Source: Lama glama (lineage: Eukaryota). From it: a stretch of DNA of 64,000 bases. The notes below the pieces were generated by a model, which was not told the origin of the DNA, searched no databases, and was given only the letters and a program-made list of their open reading frames with translations. Positions 25,194 through 38,919 of this stretch are shown in pieces (the stretch's first letter is position 1; the number at the start of each line of letters is the position of its first letter). The position numbers and the translations under genes are program-made. The stretch spans positions 70,806,001 through 70,870,000 of the forward strand of contig CM052817.1 in assembly GCA_028534125.1 (NCBI GenBank). Direction: 5' to 3'.

Positions 25194-25829
25194 CAAATAA
25201 TTGGGCAACAAGATTGGGAACAAGTGGTGCACTATCTCTAAAAGCAATGCACTCCATATTGTAGTTTTTCATGATTCCATTTAGAGAAATGTGGGGTGAG
25301 GGGAAAAAACAAGAGAAGACATCATTTTAGCCCAGCTGAGCTCTAAGAGATAAAAGTCAATCAGACATGAAAAACTGAGCAAGAAGATATATGTATCAAA
25401 CTTCCAGGGAGTTGTAGATTTGAGAGTGAGATCACACCCAAGTGGTCCAAGAATGGGGCCAGAGGCAACTCACTGGCAATCATCAATCATAGGCTGATCT
25501 CTCATCTCAAGACTACACACATTGAAAAACAAACAAACAAACAAACAAACAAAAAATCCAGTATGTAACCTATGGAGAAAGGTACGGCAAAACAAAGCAA
25601 GGAGACATCTCAACATATTCACTGTAGGAAATCTTCCATCTGACACAAGATGGCATGCCTTCCATGAAAGAAGAGAAATCCCAAAGAGAATAGGGTGTGA
25701 TTAAAAGATCATAGAATGAACTAAAAAGTAATCATAATAAATAGGTGAAGATTGTACACGTCTGTGTGTGTACGTATAGAAAGAAAGAAAAAGAGGAGGT
25801 TATTTGATTAATGAATATCACACACAACT

Positions 25830-26371
25830 TTTATTCTTTTTTTCAGTTAACATTAAATGAATGTTTCTCCCACATCAATAAATTCTCTTTCAAAACAGGT
25901 TTCTTAAAAGATGTATACTATTACACCATGTATGTGTTCTATCATGTATGATTCTCTTATTGTTGGATATTTAGGTTTTTTTATTTTCCAATTTTAAAGC
26001 ATATTGAGCATCACTTGTACTTATAATTTTCATAAGATTTTTGATTATTTCTTTAAGATAAATTTCCACAAGTAAGATTGCTGAATGAATGGATTTTTTT
26101 TGCCTTTTTAAGTTTCTTGACATATATTAACAAATTGATTTCAGGAAGTTTATTGCAGTTTCCTCTCCTATCAGCAAGATTTGTGGTTATCCATTTACCA
26201 AATCTACTTCAGTCTTGTATCTACTTTTTAATGTTAAATTTTCATATTTAAAAGTATTATGTTGGATAAAAATGTTCACTAATTAGGTTGGGCACTTGTG
26301 CTGAATTTGTCTATTTGTCATCTTCTGTTAATTTCTTGCAATTGCCTCTGCTAGTTTTTCCCTAAGAGTGT
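25830..26371 (-). mobile_element. Old L1 (L1ME-like) 3' fragment, resuming briefly after the MER21 LTR (about 27300-27450)
   Basis: CTTATTGTTGGATATTTAGGTT...TTCTTTAAGATAAATTTCC..AAGT..GATTGCTG...CAAATTG.TTTC. Confidence 0.7.
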
Positions 26372-27295
26372 TGTGAAAAATACAGGAAAAAAATTCATTG
26401 GTCTCTGCCCCCAGTTCATGGCACAGACCCCTAAAATCTTTGTGATATCCTAAGTGATAAGGGTATCAGAAGCAATTTTTGTTCTCATAGGTTGGTCTTT
26501 GACCCCAGTTCCTGACACAGGGCTCCTGAAACACTTGCAATTTCCTGGTTGTTTGGAGTGTCTTTTGTTCTAATGAGGCAACTCTGGGTGGGCTCCTGGA
26601 CAGGAGCTGGTCACTGGAAAGAACAAGCTTGATTAGGAGCTTGGAATTTTCAGCCTTGCCCCATGTTCTCTTGAGAAGGAGGACTGAAAATTGAGTTAAT
26701 TATTGATCATACCTATGTGATGAAGCCTCCATAAAAATCCCAATTGCATGGGGTTCAGAGAGCCTCCAGATTGCTAAGCATATCCACATACCAGGAGGGT
26801 AATGCTTCAGGACAGAAGCTACGTTCAGGACTCTCCCAGACCTATGCCCTATTCATCTGGCTGTTCATCTGTATCCTTTATCCTATCCTTTAATAAACTG
26901 GTAAACACACGTGTTTCCCTGAGTTCTCTGAGCTGCTCTAGCAAATTAATCAAACCTAAAGAGGGGGTTTAGGAAACCTCAGATTTACAGCTGATCAGAA
27001 GCACTGAAGCACAGGTGACAATCTGGACTCATGACTGGCATCTGAAGGAGGTACAGTCTCAGAAGACTGAGCCCTTAGCCTGTGGGATCTGACACTATCT
27101 CCAGGTAGATAAGATCAGAATGGGGTTAATTTGTAGGACAATCAGCTAGTGTTGCAGAGAATTACTGGGTGGTGTGTGAGGAAAACCCCCACCTATTTGG
27201 TGACCAGAAGGGTCAAAAGTGAAATGTTCTGTGTGATAGTAAAGGAGACACACAGGAGAAAAACAGGAGGGAAGGACTGTAGGCTTTTTAAAACA
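26372..27295 (+). mobile_element. MER21-family solo LTR
   Basis: TGTGA...ACA termini; internally repeated CCCAGTTC.TG.CACAG..C.CCT; AATAAACTGGTAAAC; TGTTTCCCTGAGTTCTCTGAGCTGCTCTAGCAAATTAATCAAACC; near-TSD AGTGT/GGTGT. Confidence 0.88.
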
Positions 27296-27449
27296 GGTGT
27301 TGATATTCTTTTCAGTTAAAAGAGCTTTTTCAGATTAAGTTTAAAAACCTTAATATTGATGGGATTTTTTTCTCCCACCAAATATCTGTCCTTTGTCTTT
27401 CATTTTATTTGTGGTATTGTTTTAATAAGTGGTATTTCAAAATTTCATG

Positions 27450-27865
27450 TTAAAAAACTAACAAAGCAGGAATAAAATAAATTGAGCATAAAGGCAATAA
27501 AGAGCAAAATTTACACTTCATAAACTATAATCAGTGATATGAAAGAGAAATTTCAGATGTTCTCTATTAATACAGAAGAAAATAAGCAAAGAAAAAAATG
27601 AGAGAGGAGATGACATGTTTGTAGACGAAAGAATAGAGAGACGTCCAATTATTGCGGTATTTCATCAAAGCAGCTGGAATGGAAACAATAATAAAAGACA
27701 AATCAAAGAAAAACTTTCTTAGACTGAAACAAATCACAGATATTCAAATGAATGGGTGCACCACATTTCCAGGAAAATCTATGGAAAGAGACCAATGCTA
27801 AAAAACATACTGACAAATATTTCAATCACAAGAAGAAGGAAAATATTCACTAAGCATTCAAATAG
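27450..27865 (+). mobile_element. Old L1 ORF1-like (HAL1-type) fragment
   Basis: A-rich decayed ORF1-like text (AAAGAAAACTTTCTTAGACTGAAA; TTCAAATGAATGGGTGCACCA; AAAACATACT). Confidence 0.55.
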
Positions 27866-27940
27866 AGAAGGGAGAGAGGGAGGAGAAAGAGAGGCAGGAA
27901 GGAAGGAAGGAAGGTAGGAAGGAAGGAAGGGGCAGAAGGC
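27863..27940. repeat. Purine-rich (GGAA)n / GA-rich simple repeat
   Basis: AGAGAAGGGAGAGAGGGAGG...GGAAGGAAGGAAGGAAGG. Confidence 0.9.
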
Positions 27941-29329
27941 AGATACACACATACAGCCCAAATATGTATCCACACTCTTTAAGATCTAGGCAATTCCAAT
28001 GTGGAGATCACCTGATTCTCTCTGGAACATTAACAATGCAACTTTGGCTGAAGCAGGTGAGAGACTGAAGTCATAAGTAGGATAGCAGATCGGTCAGTGT
28101 TTAAGAGAAATTCACGTGTGTTATTAGCAAACTTAATGATGTGATTGGGTACAATGAAAATTTTTTACATAATTTAGTTTTTATAGGCTTGAAATTATCT
28201 GAGCAGCTGGTTCAATTTCTCTTTGAAGAAAATATGAAATAGATGGGTATAATAGAAATTGATTAGTTATTTAGGAGAGACTAAATATTCTAAATCTTGC
28301 AATTTCATTACTCTTTTATAATCCATATCTTTTTCCTTTTATTAGCCTATAGATTTTAATACTTACTAATAAAATTGGGCGCAACATCAAACCTGACATT
28401 TAGAGCTGCAGAGAGCCATCTTTCATTTGCTGTTTCACATAAGGAAGCAAAATGGTGATCCAAAATAAGACTTGGAGAATGGCTTTAATTTATGAGTTCT
28501 GAAACCATTTTGCATCTGTTGCAAAAAGCATATCACCGTCCTGGGCTATAGTCATGTTATTTTTAAGAGAAGATAGCAAATTGCTTCAGCGTTTTCTTGC
28601 AAGGTTGCTAATATACACCAGATCGCTATCCTAAAGCATGCAGCTTGTGGGAATGATATACAGAAAGCAGTATTTTAAATAAGCCACAAACCATGCTCCT
28701 TGGTTTTGCTTACATTGGTTCCACACATTAGGAAAACAATTGGTTTCACAATAAATTCAGTGATGAAGTAAATTATGCATTTGCCAATCAGGTTGGTGAA
28801 AACACATTCTTGTGGGAAACCAAAAAGGACAATGCAAAAGGGAGAAGAGAATTTGTGTTCGTTGACCAGGGTGACAAATTCAAACAGCTGAGGCCATGAA
28901 CCCCAAACTCTCATTTTCATTCCCTTGCATGCCTTAGAGATTTGGTACTTGTCACCCACAAGAAAGGGACACACGAAACACAGAAAGCTCAACAGCTGCT
29001 CAAAAAGATCGAGGGCTTAGGAGGCCACGTTCCTGAGAGCTGCTTGCTGGGACCAACCACCTTTGGCTTTGAGTACTCCTCTAATTTCCACAGGGAATGC
29101 TTTCTGCCTTATGAGTCTCCATACATTTTGGGTTAATAAACCAATATTTATTGTCCAAAAAATTACAGTTTAAATCATTTACTGAATGCTAACAGCAATA
29201 AAAACTATGAGAAGCACTTCAACATGCAGTAATCTCAGCTTTAAAAAAATATATACCCCAAATTGTTGAATACCCAAATAAGACATCACAGGAAAAGTAT
29301 CTGAGTACCCCTAAGTGTGACTTTCTGTT

Positions 29330-31200
29330 CTACCAACTATATGAAAGCACTGGGGGAAACACAAGATTCAGTCTCTATGCTTAAGGAATTTACACACTGG
29401 TACCAAAGAGAAGAGTCATATAAATGACTACAATCCAAGGAGAATGTGGCAACTTTTCTAAGAAAAACAAAATTAAGTGCAGTGGGAATGGTGATGAGAG
29501 AGGAATTAATTCCGACAGGGAGAGTTACATAAGTTAAGTAGCCATTTAAGCTGATTCTTAAAGGGTGGGTAGGATTAGAAATAGAGAGGGACAGCCAGGA
29601 GAAATAGAGAATCTGCTTGGGACATAGTGGTAATTTAGCTTGACTAGAACAGAGGGTACATGGAGGAACAGTGACACCCAAACCTGGAAAGGCAGACATG
29701 GCCAGATGGTGGATAACCACATATGTCAGGCTAAGAATGATCATGGTGTCACTGATAACAAAAATCTTTGCTTTAGAAAGATTAATCAAAAGATAAAGTA
29801 TAGTAAAGTGGTAAAAGAATAAAGGCAGAAATATTGGGCGTAAAGAGGGTAGTAAAATAAACTTTGCAAAAGCCTAGCCAAGAAGAAATAAGTTGACTTA
29901 AGGTTTATTAATAGGAATGTGCAGTTTTATGGGTTGAGCTGCATGGCTCCCCAAAATCATGTGTTGATGTCCTAAATCCCAGTATTTCAGAATGTCACTG
30001 TACTTGGAAAGAGGGTCTTTAAAGAGGAAATTCAGTTAAAATGAGGTCATTAGGGTGGGCCCTAATCCAATATGACTGGTATCTTATAATAGGAGAAAAT
30101 TTTGAAACAGACACACAGAGGGAAGAACACGTGAAGACCCAGGAAGAGGATGGCCATCTACAAGCAAAGGAAAGAGGTCTCAGGAGACACCAATCCTAAA
30201 GACATCTTGATCTCAGACTTCTAGCCCTCAGAATTGTGAAAAAATAAATTTCTGTTGCTTAAGCCAAGAAATCTGAGGTTCTTTATTATGGTAGCCTCAG
30301 CAAATCAATGCTGGCAGGAAGAGCAGATGTGAGAGATCTGGGGGTGGACTAATTAAGAGCTGTGGGAAACAACCAGAAGGAAAAAAGGTAGAGGAGTAAA
30401 AGCTGACAAGAGGTGAGTTCAGGAGGCCAGAAAATACAAGAAATAGTAGAAATTTAGGAAACTAGAAGAAGGTGCTTTGAGGAAAAGTGATCATTCAGTT
30501 TGAAAAATATAAAGTGAGAATTCTGACAAGATGTATAAGTTGGGTAATTACAAATGAAACAGAAGAGCTCAGGAAAGAGCTAAAATTATGTCTTTTCAAG
30601 ATACCATTAAGAAATGGAAAAAGAAAATTCAGCTGAAGATTGAAGGCAGTGACTGGAAACATTCTAAAAGTTTCATGGTGGTACTCCTATAAAGTTGTGA
30701 CTCTCCAATGAACAAGTTGTTCATACAAATCTTGTATGCCAAGCACCATGTTCTATGCATCTGTTTATTCCAAGAAGCGTGCATAGCATTGAAGACATAA
30801 GTGGTTAATAAATTTATATGCAGAATGAAAAAAGGTCCAAGGGATAGTAATTTGTGGCCACCACTATAGAGAGGCAAAGGATGACACATCTTAAGAAAAA
30901 GCTTTGAATTAAGAACTTGATCCTTAGGGAGTAGTGGCAGAAGTGGCTTCATAGTCTGGAATATGGAAGGTAAAAAAGGAGTTGGAAGCTAAGGAATTGG
31001 AAATAGCCTATAAGTATACAAAATGCCTTTTAAAAATTTAACAATGGAAAGAAGAGAGATGGTATGGTAGCTTTAAGAAGTCAGATCAAAGTCTTAAGAT
31101 AAAATCAACTTGATCCCTTTTTATATCTAGGGGGAGATATCACTGAAAAGGGTGAAAGGAAGGACTTGAAGAATAAAGATATTAATTGATGAAGATAATC
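29330..31200 (-). mobile_element. Degraded L2, interrupted by an MLT1 LTR
   Basis: Purine-rich reverse-complement L2 text (AAGCACTGGG..A.ACAAG; CTTAAGGAATTTACA; TTTAAGCTGATTCTTAAAGG) on both sides of the LTR. Confidence 0.55.
29925..30311 (+). mobile_element. MaLR solo LTR (MLT1B-like)
   Basis: AGTTAAAATGAGGTCATTAGGGTGGGCCCTAATCCAATATGACTGGT...CTTGATCTCAGACTTCTAGCC...AATAAATTTCTGTTG. Confidence 0.9.
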
Positions 31201-31596
31201 TTTAACTAATACCTTTCTCTTTCCTCAAAAATTAGACTATTTGTGTCAAATGAGCAATTTGTTCTAATAACTAACTGTTAAAGTATTTCAGCTATATCTA
31301 GTTAGTTTATTATCAGAATCCTTAATGATAAGATCTCAAATATTTGATCAAGACAGAATAATTTTGCTAGCAGGAAAGCCATGACTCCTCATCCTGCTAG
31401 ACATTTCCATGAACAGTAAAGAGAATGTTTTGACACAAATCAATGTAAAAATGGATATTTGCACGTGTATCTTATCTCTTTTAAGGCCAGAGTTTACATA
31501 AGTTTTTTATAATGTCACACCCACATAGCACTAATCACAGTGTATCACATATCATAAGTGCTCAATAAAAATCTACAAATCAATTAATCTGGAAAT

Positions 31597-33127
31597 TTAA
31601 AAAAAAATCCCATTTACAATTGCATCAAAAAGAGTAAAATACCTAAGAATAAATTTAACCAAGGAGGTGAAAAATCTGTACTCTGAAAATTATAAGACAT
31701 TGATGAAAGAAATTAATGAAGAGACAAATGAATGGAAAGATATTCCATGTTCACAGATTGGAAGAATTTATATTGTTAAAATGTCCATTGTTAAAATTAA
31801 TATTGTTAAAACTATCCAAAGCAATCTAGAGATTCAGTGCAATCCCTAGAAAGATTCCAATGGCATTTTTCAAAGAAATAGAACAATCCCAAATTTTGTA
31901 TGAAACCACAAAAGACCCTGAATAGACAAAGCAATCCTAAGAAATGTGAACAAAGCTGAAATCACTCTTCCTGATTTCAAACTGTATTACAAAGCTATGA
32001 TATTGGCATGAAAATAGGCACATATATCAGTGGAACAGAATAGAGTCCCCAGATAAACCCACACATACATGGTCAATTAATTTACAGCAAAAAAGCCAAA
32101 AATATACAATGAGGAAAGGACAGTCTCTTCAATAAATGATGTTAGACAGCCAAATGCAAAAAAACTGAATCTGGACCCCTATCTTGTACTATGCACAAAA
32201 ATCTACACAAAATGGATTAAAGACTTGAACATAAGACCTGAAACTGTAAAACTCCTAGAAGAAAACATAGACCACAAGCTCCTTGACATAAGTCTTGGCA
32301 ATGATTTTTAAAATGTGACACAAAAAGCAAAAGCAACAAAAGTATGCACACACACGCACGCACACACACACACACACACACAAATTTGGGGAAGCCACTA
32401 TTGAAAACACTATGAAAGTTCCTCAAAAAATTAAAAATAAAACTATACGATCCAGCAATTCCACTTCTGGGTATTTACCCAAAGGAAACCAAATCAGTAT
32501 CTCAAAAAGATATCTGCACCACCATGTTCATTGCAGCACTATATACAATAGCTAAGACATGGACACAACTTAAGTATCCATCAATTGATGAATGAATAAA
32601 GAAAATGTGGTATACCTGTACAATGGAGTATTATTCAGTCATAAAAAGAGGGAAATTCTGCCATTTGAGACCACATGGATGGATCTTGAGGGCATCTTAC
32701 ACTCAGTGAAATTAATCAGATCAAGAAAGACAAAGATTCTATGATCTCACTTATACAGGGACTCTCAAAAAAAAAAAAAAAACTCATAGATACAGAGAAC
32801 AGATTTGTAGTTCCTAGAAGCAGAGTGTGGCTGAAATGGGTGGAGATCAACAAAAAGTACAAACTTACAGTTATAAATAATTTCTAGGGATGTAATATAC
32901 TGTATGGTGAGTATAGTTAACACTGTATTGTATATTTGAAAGTTGCTAAAAGAGTAGATGTTATGAGTTTTCACCACAAGAAAAACAATCTGTAATGAGG
33001 TGTGGTAACGAATGGTAACTAAACTTATTTCTTTCTTTCTCTCTCTCTCTCTCTCTCTATCTATCTAATCATTTTGTACACCTAAAACTAATATAACATT
33101 ATATATCAATTGTATCTCAATTAAAAT
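31597..33127 (+). mobile_element. L1 (L1MA-like): decayed ORF2 3' third plus 3' UTR, with internal deletions
   Basis: Peptide [72 protein letters not shown]; ends TCAATTGTATCTCAATTAAAA; multiple stops and frameshifts. Confidence 0.93.
32347..32382. repeat. (CA)n microsatellite with CG interruptions
   Basis: CACACACACGCACGCACACACA... Confidence 0.95.
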
Positions 33128-33459
33128 ATCAATTACTCTTTTATCCCAATTGATTTTAGGAGAAGCCTAACCTTAGGTAAAGTTCACTAATTCATTGCAA
33201 CAATATACACTGAACTTTCATGCCAAGAACTATTCTAGAGCCTGAGCATAAATGATGAATAAAGAAGATGTCATCATTACTCCATGGAGCATACAGAAGG
33301 AGTGAGAGGAGGAGAAAGTTATACAATCAGGCAATTAAAAACCTAATCAAGCAACAGATTGGGATGAATTACTTTATAAACTTCTTCCTCTGATTCCTTT
33401 AATCCATTCTATCTGTATGCTCCATTCTCATCAAGAGTATGACAATGAGCAATAACCCT

Positions 33460-33901
33460 TGTGGTAGGCTGTGTTGTGGGCCTCAATTCTTCACCACTCT
33501 CTATATCCATGTATTTTCAATTCCTCCAGTAGAGAGAATGAAAATACTTCTCTGCTCCCTGACTCTGGATTTATCCATGTGACACTCTTTGAGCAATAGA
33601 CCACTAGTGGGTATAATGAGACCCCTCTCCACCATTTAAACCAATGATGTGCACATGCGTGATTGAGCTTGCCCCCTAACACTCTACTATTGCCATAAGA
33701 AGAACATGCCAGCTGAAGCCCACTGTCCCAGTCGGAGAAGAGAGACTTGTGGAGCAGAGCAGCCCCAGATGAGCCCAGTCTAGATCTCCTGATCTCCATG
33801 TGACCCACAGACATATGAACTTAATAAATGCTTTTTGTCTCATGTCATTGAAATAGTTTGGCTGCTTGTTACATGGCATTATTGTAACAATAACTGATAC
33901 A
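33460..33901 (+). mobile_element. MaLR solo LTR (MLT1H-like)
   Basis: TGTGGTAGGC...GCCATAAGAAGAACATGCC...TGTGGAGCAGAGC.GCCCCAGATGAGCCCAG.CTAGATC...AATAAATGCTT...TAACTGATACA. Confidence 0.85.
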
Positions 33902-36242
33902 AATTTATACACACTTATCTTACTAGATCCTAACCCTCTGTTCATCTGATACAACAGAATAGGCACTACACAAAGAGTAAAAACATGTAGTAGGATGTGC
34001 CTGGACATATAGTTAGGTGTCCTAAAATCAACAGTGAGAAACTAAAACCCATTAATATGAACTACATAAATGAAAGAACCAAGTAGAACATCCGTCCACT
34101 TCTCATTACCAGACTTCTTATCCTGACCAAAGTGAAGTTCATGACTCAGCCCTAAGACCTTGCTAAAATTTACTATTTCCTAGACTGTCATATTGAACAG
34201 ATCATGACATACAGAAGCCAAGGAAAACAAATGAAATTCGTATTTAACTGGGTCCCACATGCTGTGATATTTTCAAACCCACATGCATCCACCAAGAAGC
34301 ACGCAGAATGTTTGATTCTGAAGACGAATCCATAACAAGAATAGAGCACAGAACAAAAATCAATTCAACAAGTCATCCCATATGTTTTCCATTTTCTGGT
34401 ATTCCAAAAAGGAAGTGAATGTGGTATAGTGTACTTGGCTCCCAGCATAGAGACTTCCAGCCTTTCTTTTTAATTTCATATTTACAGAGAGCCCTGTATT
34501 ACCCTCTGTCCTGGCTCTAAAATAGCAACAGCAGTGAAGGAAAATCCACCAAGGAGTAAATGTTTTATCTTTCCTAGTGTAATGGGTTTGGACTCATGCT
34601 CCATGCCTGATACAAAGATGTTCTCTGTGTATTGTACTCAGGTTGCTGGGATCTGCTTGAGAAAAGATAATGTACCTTCATTACAGGGAGATGAGATTTC
34701 TGGCAAATCACTACTGCCATGCTTATGGGAAACTCAGACAGCCTTCTTCTTTAAGTCCAAAGCAACATTTAGTGATATGTACACAGTATGGGTGCCTAGT
34801 TAATCTTAGTTATTTAAATTTTAAAAAGACATTTTTCTCATAGTTAGGAATGTGTAAATATATGCATATTATATTTACTATAACATATACATATGTATGT
34901 GTAAGTGTATGTATATTATACATACATATTTAGCATACAAATATATTCAAATATAGTTGTAATCACAGACACAAATCATATATTCTCACTCACATCTCCC
35001 TGGGATTCTATACTGTGAATATGACAGCATTCTCCATTTCTAATCTTTCAAGAGGTTTTTTTAATTTGTCCTCAGAAATATGGAGTCTTTTATTTATAAA
35101 AATTTTGTGCAGTTCATGGGTAAAGTGAAGCTATTTCAAAGCGTTCTTCTGCATATGAGGAACTAAGAACAGATGAATGTATTTCATCTTATAAATCTGA
35201 TATATCAAAACTACTACCTCTGTAATGAATTTAACAAGAAAGCTATGGTTCTCCTAAGTAGAACAGAAAATCAGTATATTGCTAAGACATTTTTTTTATC
35301 AATGTGTAAATACTGATCAGTGCCAGAGTTATCTTAGAGAAGCTAGTCTTTAACCTGATTATCATGAAATGTTAAAATACGAAGACTTTTAGATGGATAG
35401 CATTGCTATTTTTTATTACTCATAGTCCATTTAAAATCTATTAACCAAATATAAGTAAATCCTTACAAACACATATATTTAGTAAAACTGTATGCTCAAA
35501 TATTAAATATTTAGTCACATGGAAATATTTTAAAACTTTACATTAAAATTTGCAAGCATTCATGAGAAACACATAAAGCTACAAGCCTGTATCCTATTTT
35601 CATAAAACCAATATTATACAGGCTGTTTCTCAACCTTTATTCCATTTAAAATGCAGGCCAGCATCTTAATTCAGAATGCTCAACATCAACTAATAAGTTC
35701 TAAGACTTAATACCTGACAATATGCTGACTATTACTACAGGTTCAAGGTGACTGATTCAACAGATTAATAAGTTACTCATTCTGTCAAAATACTTTGTAT
35801 TTCAGTAAATTAAATAATTAACATGTATCAGTGGAATGCCACTTTAGTATTAACTAAAATTATTCATAATGTGCATGAAACTTTAACTTGTTCCCAGTGT
35901 TAGATACATGCAACATATTTTCTCATTAATAAAAATCTATTTTAAACAAGCTCTGATCCTTGATAAGATTTTTAAATTCTTCTTGGAATGTATGTCTTAA
36001 AATTAATTTTTCCTTGTACTTTTACATTAACTGTTTGCTTTTACTTTAAACCTTTTCCATTTTATCTTTCTCCAGTTGTTTCAAAAAAGAGTGTGGGTCT
36101 CGAGCCAATGCTTACTTCTGTTGTAGACTTTTTAACCCAACACAATACTGGCCAGGAAGGCTCTTTTGAGAAATAACTCATTTCTTCTCAGCTCCCTGAA
36201 AAGTCAAGTCTACTTTTTTAACCACATCAGATTTTACCTACT

Positions 36243-36256
36243 CACACACACACACA

Positions 36257-36290
<34 letters not shown>
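36243..36290. repeat. Interrupted (CA)n microsatellite
   Basis: (CA)7 AAAA (CA)15. Confidence 0.97.
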
Positions 36291-36291
<1 letters not shown>

Positions 36292-37457
36292 CTGATATGT
36301 AATATTAACGCTATGCACTTAATCAGGAGAAAACCAATGTTTAAAACACATTGCGTTTTATCTCTCTGGCAGGCTTCTTGACATCTGATTTCATTCTTTT
36401 GAAATGCTCCAAAGGAACTTTATTTATATTGTAGCGAAAGACTCCTTTTACTCTCTTAAGTTCACTGATAGCCAGGTAAAACTCACTGAATAATCAAGTC
36501 CTACAAAGAGACTGTACAGGACATTAAGGAAATGGATGTCACCCAACAGTAAAAACACCCTGATTGCATTCTATGCTGGCACTGGAGGCTCACTTTTTAA
36601 CAGACACAGCAAAGTGTTGCAGATAAATCTGTTTCAGCTGTGATGAGAAAAATGTTTCAAAATCCATAAACTTACTACACCTGCCTTGCCCATACTTAAA
36701 ATGGTTTACAATTTAAATCCTTATTAATGCTACAAATGTCTAGGATGCTTCCCTGAAGACTTCTAATAAGTACATTTGTGAAGAATCTGTCAGATTCATG
36801 AGATTATGCAGGTACTAGAAACTAGGATAATAAAGCATAGCTCTTGTTTGAACACTAAACACTTCCCCATACAGCATTTATAAATTGCAATTGGGAACTG
36901 AATCTATGCTAAACCAAATGTGCATGGTCACTTGTACAAAGAAAATGTTTCCTGTTGGAATAATAGGGAATGTTTTAAACTGTGACTGTACAGTTAAAAG
37001 GAGCTGAACTATTAGCTTGAGAATTTGGTCACATCTTTGTTTCATCTATTTTCTTCCTTTATAGAGCATGCTGTTGTTTAAAAGAATTATCTAGAATTTT
37101 TAAAGAATGAAAAGGGTCTTTAGTCAACTAATACTAAGAAAAATGTTAATTTTATTTAACAAAGTTAGTTATTTCAAACTTTAATTTTAGGTAATTTGTA
37201 AAAATCCAATGCATTCCTTTCATGTTTCTATCACCATATTATGTACTTCTGGGACACAGTTGCAATGTCATTTCTGAAAATGACATTGTAACTGAAAATG
37301 AGCTATAATTCAATCATATTTTCCCCTTAGAAGCAAAGTTGTAATATAGGATTACTTTCCTGAAGAAAAGTCCATTGCCCAACTTTTTACAGAAATGAAC
37401 ATAAATGTTAGCTTTTTGATAACATTAACTCAATATAGTAATGCAGAGTATACTCCT

Positions 37458-37872
37458 TATGGTAGTCATTAGGGATGTTTGTGAATACTCTGGTTAGATC
37501 TCCTTCCTGGCATGTGTTAAGATTGTACTTCCCACCCTTGGGAAGACAACATGATCTTGTGACTTTATTTGACCAATGAAATGTGAGTGAAAGTGACTGA
37601 AAGTCACTTGCAGTTGGAAGCTTAAACAGCCAGTGTTTAATTTACCATTCTCTTTTTCCTCTGCCAGAGTGACTAGCAATGCTCAGAAAGAGAGCTGCTC
37701 TATAAGCCGGGATCCTGGAGTAAAAGTGAACTGCAGCAAAATCCCCAGCTGACCTATTACATGATATACACGGAGTGTCAGCAAGAAATGCACCTTAGTG
37801 ATTTCAAGCTCTGAGATTTGGGGATTGCAGGTTGGATGATGAAGAACAACCTCACCTAAACTAATTGATATA
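37458..37872 (+). mobile_element. MaLR solo LTR (MLT1I/J-like)
   Basis: TGTGACTT.TTTGACCAATGAAATGTGAG..AAGTGAC...GTCACTT...GGAAGCTT.AA.AGCCAGTG; GCAAGAAAT..ACCTT; CTGAGATTTGGGGATTG. Confidence 0.82.
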
Positions 37873-37989
37873 CACCTTTATATATTAAAGTGTAAAGCTT
37901 TCTAAAAGACATCTAAATCATTCAGTAACCAATCACATAGATGGCTAATTTTGAAGCAGCAATATATTAAATGGTAACCTCATTGTACC

Positions 37990-38810
37990 TAAAATTCCCT
38001 TTCCATCTTGAATCTTCAATCTCTCTCCCCAGTGGCTCCTCTGACCCAGCAATCAGACATGCTAAAACTTCACTGCTGATGAGATACCTCCTTCAGTGTT
38101 GCCATGCCTTTCAGTTAACTTCTCTTCTCTCTTCTTTTCACTGTCAACATTTCTGAAAGCATTGTCTACAATCATTACCTCCACTCCCTATTTTACCTTA
38201 TGCATCCTAATTTCCCCTCCTTATACTTTGAGGGAAAAAATTCTATCAATGAACTTATAATTATCGAATACATAACTCTCTGCTTGGTCCTCATCTTTTC
38301 AACTTTTCTTTCATATTCAATGTTGATTACAACTCTTGGTCCTTGCAATTCCTCCTTTTACTTCTATGATATTATATTATTTTGCTCTCCTCTGAGAAGC
38401 ATCTTCTCAGTCTCTTTGTTGGTTCTTGTTACTCCTCTATTTCTCTATGTATAAGTATTCCCTTTTCAAATCTTTCATCTCTTTTCCATCTCTCCCTTAA
38501 CAACATCATTCACTTGTACTGCTTCAGCTGTCATTAATACACAGAAAATTCCAAAAATCCTCTATCTTCAATTTGTTTTCTGTGTATTCAGTTACCTAAT
38601 ATATATCTCCTCCTGGCCACACCACTAGAACCACAAAAATAAATACTTTTTAATAACTTTGCAAAAATATTATATTTTTGAGTATATATTTCTCCTCTTG
38701 TCTTTTCCTTCTCCATTAATATACTCAACAAATCTCAACAATTTAGAGTGATCTTTAATCATTTCCTCTTCCTCACTGACCACAATCAGTTTCTAAATCC
38801 TATCTGTACT
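37990..38810 (+). mobile_element. Degraded L2 internal fragment
   Basis: Long pyrimidine-rich stretch with L2-like motifs (TTGTCTACA.TC.TTACCTCCACT; TCCTTCTCAGTCTCTTTG; TCTTTAATCATTTCCTCTTCCTCAC). Confidence 0.6.
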
Positions 38811-38919
38811 CAGTACTAATTTAACACAAGACTACTATGAAAAAAAGGCTACATTTTTTGTTGGTATGATTTGGTTCAGTAATTTATCACAAAGAACAGA
38901 GTAAATACTGAAGAGAAAT

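Noticed and set aside
29337..29822. 150-aa hydrophobic ORF
   Set aside because: It lies in a decayed L2, and the hydrophobicity reflects pyrimidine-rich composition.
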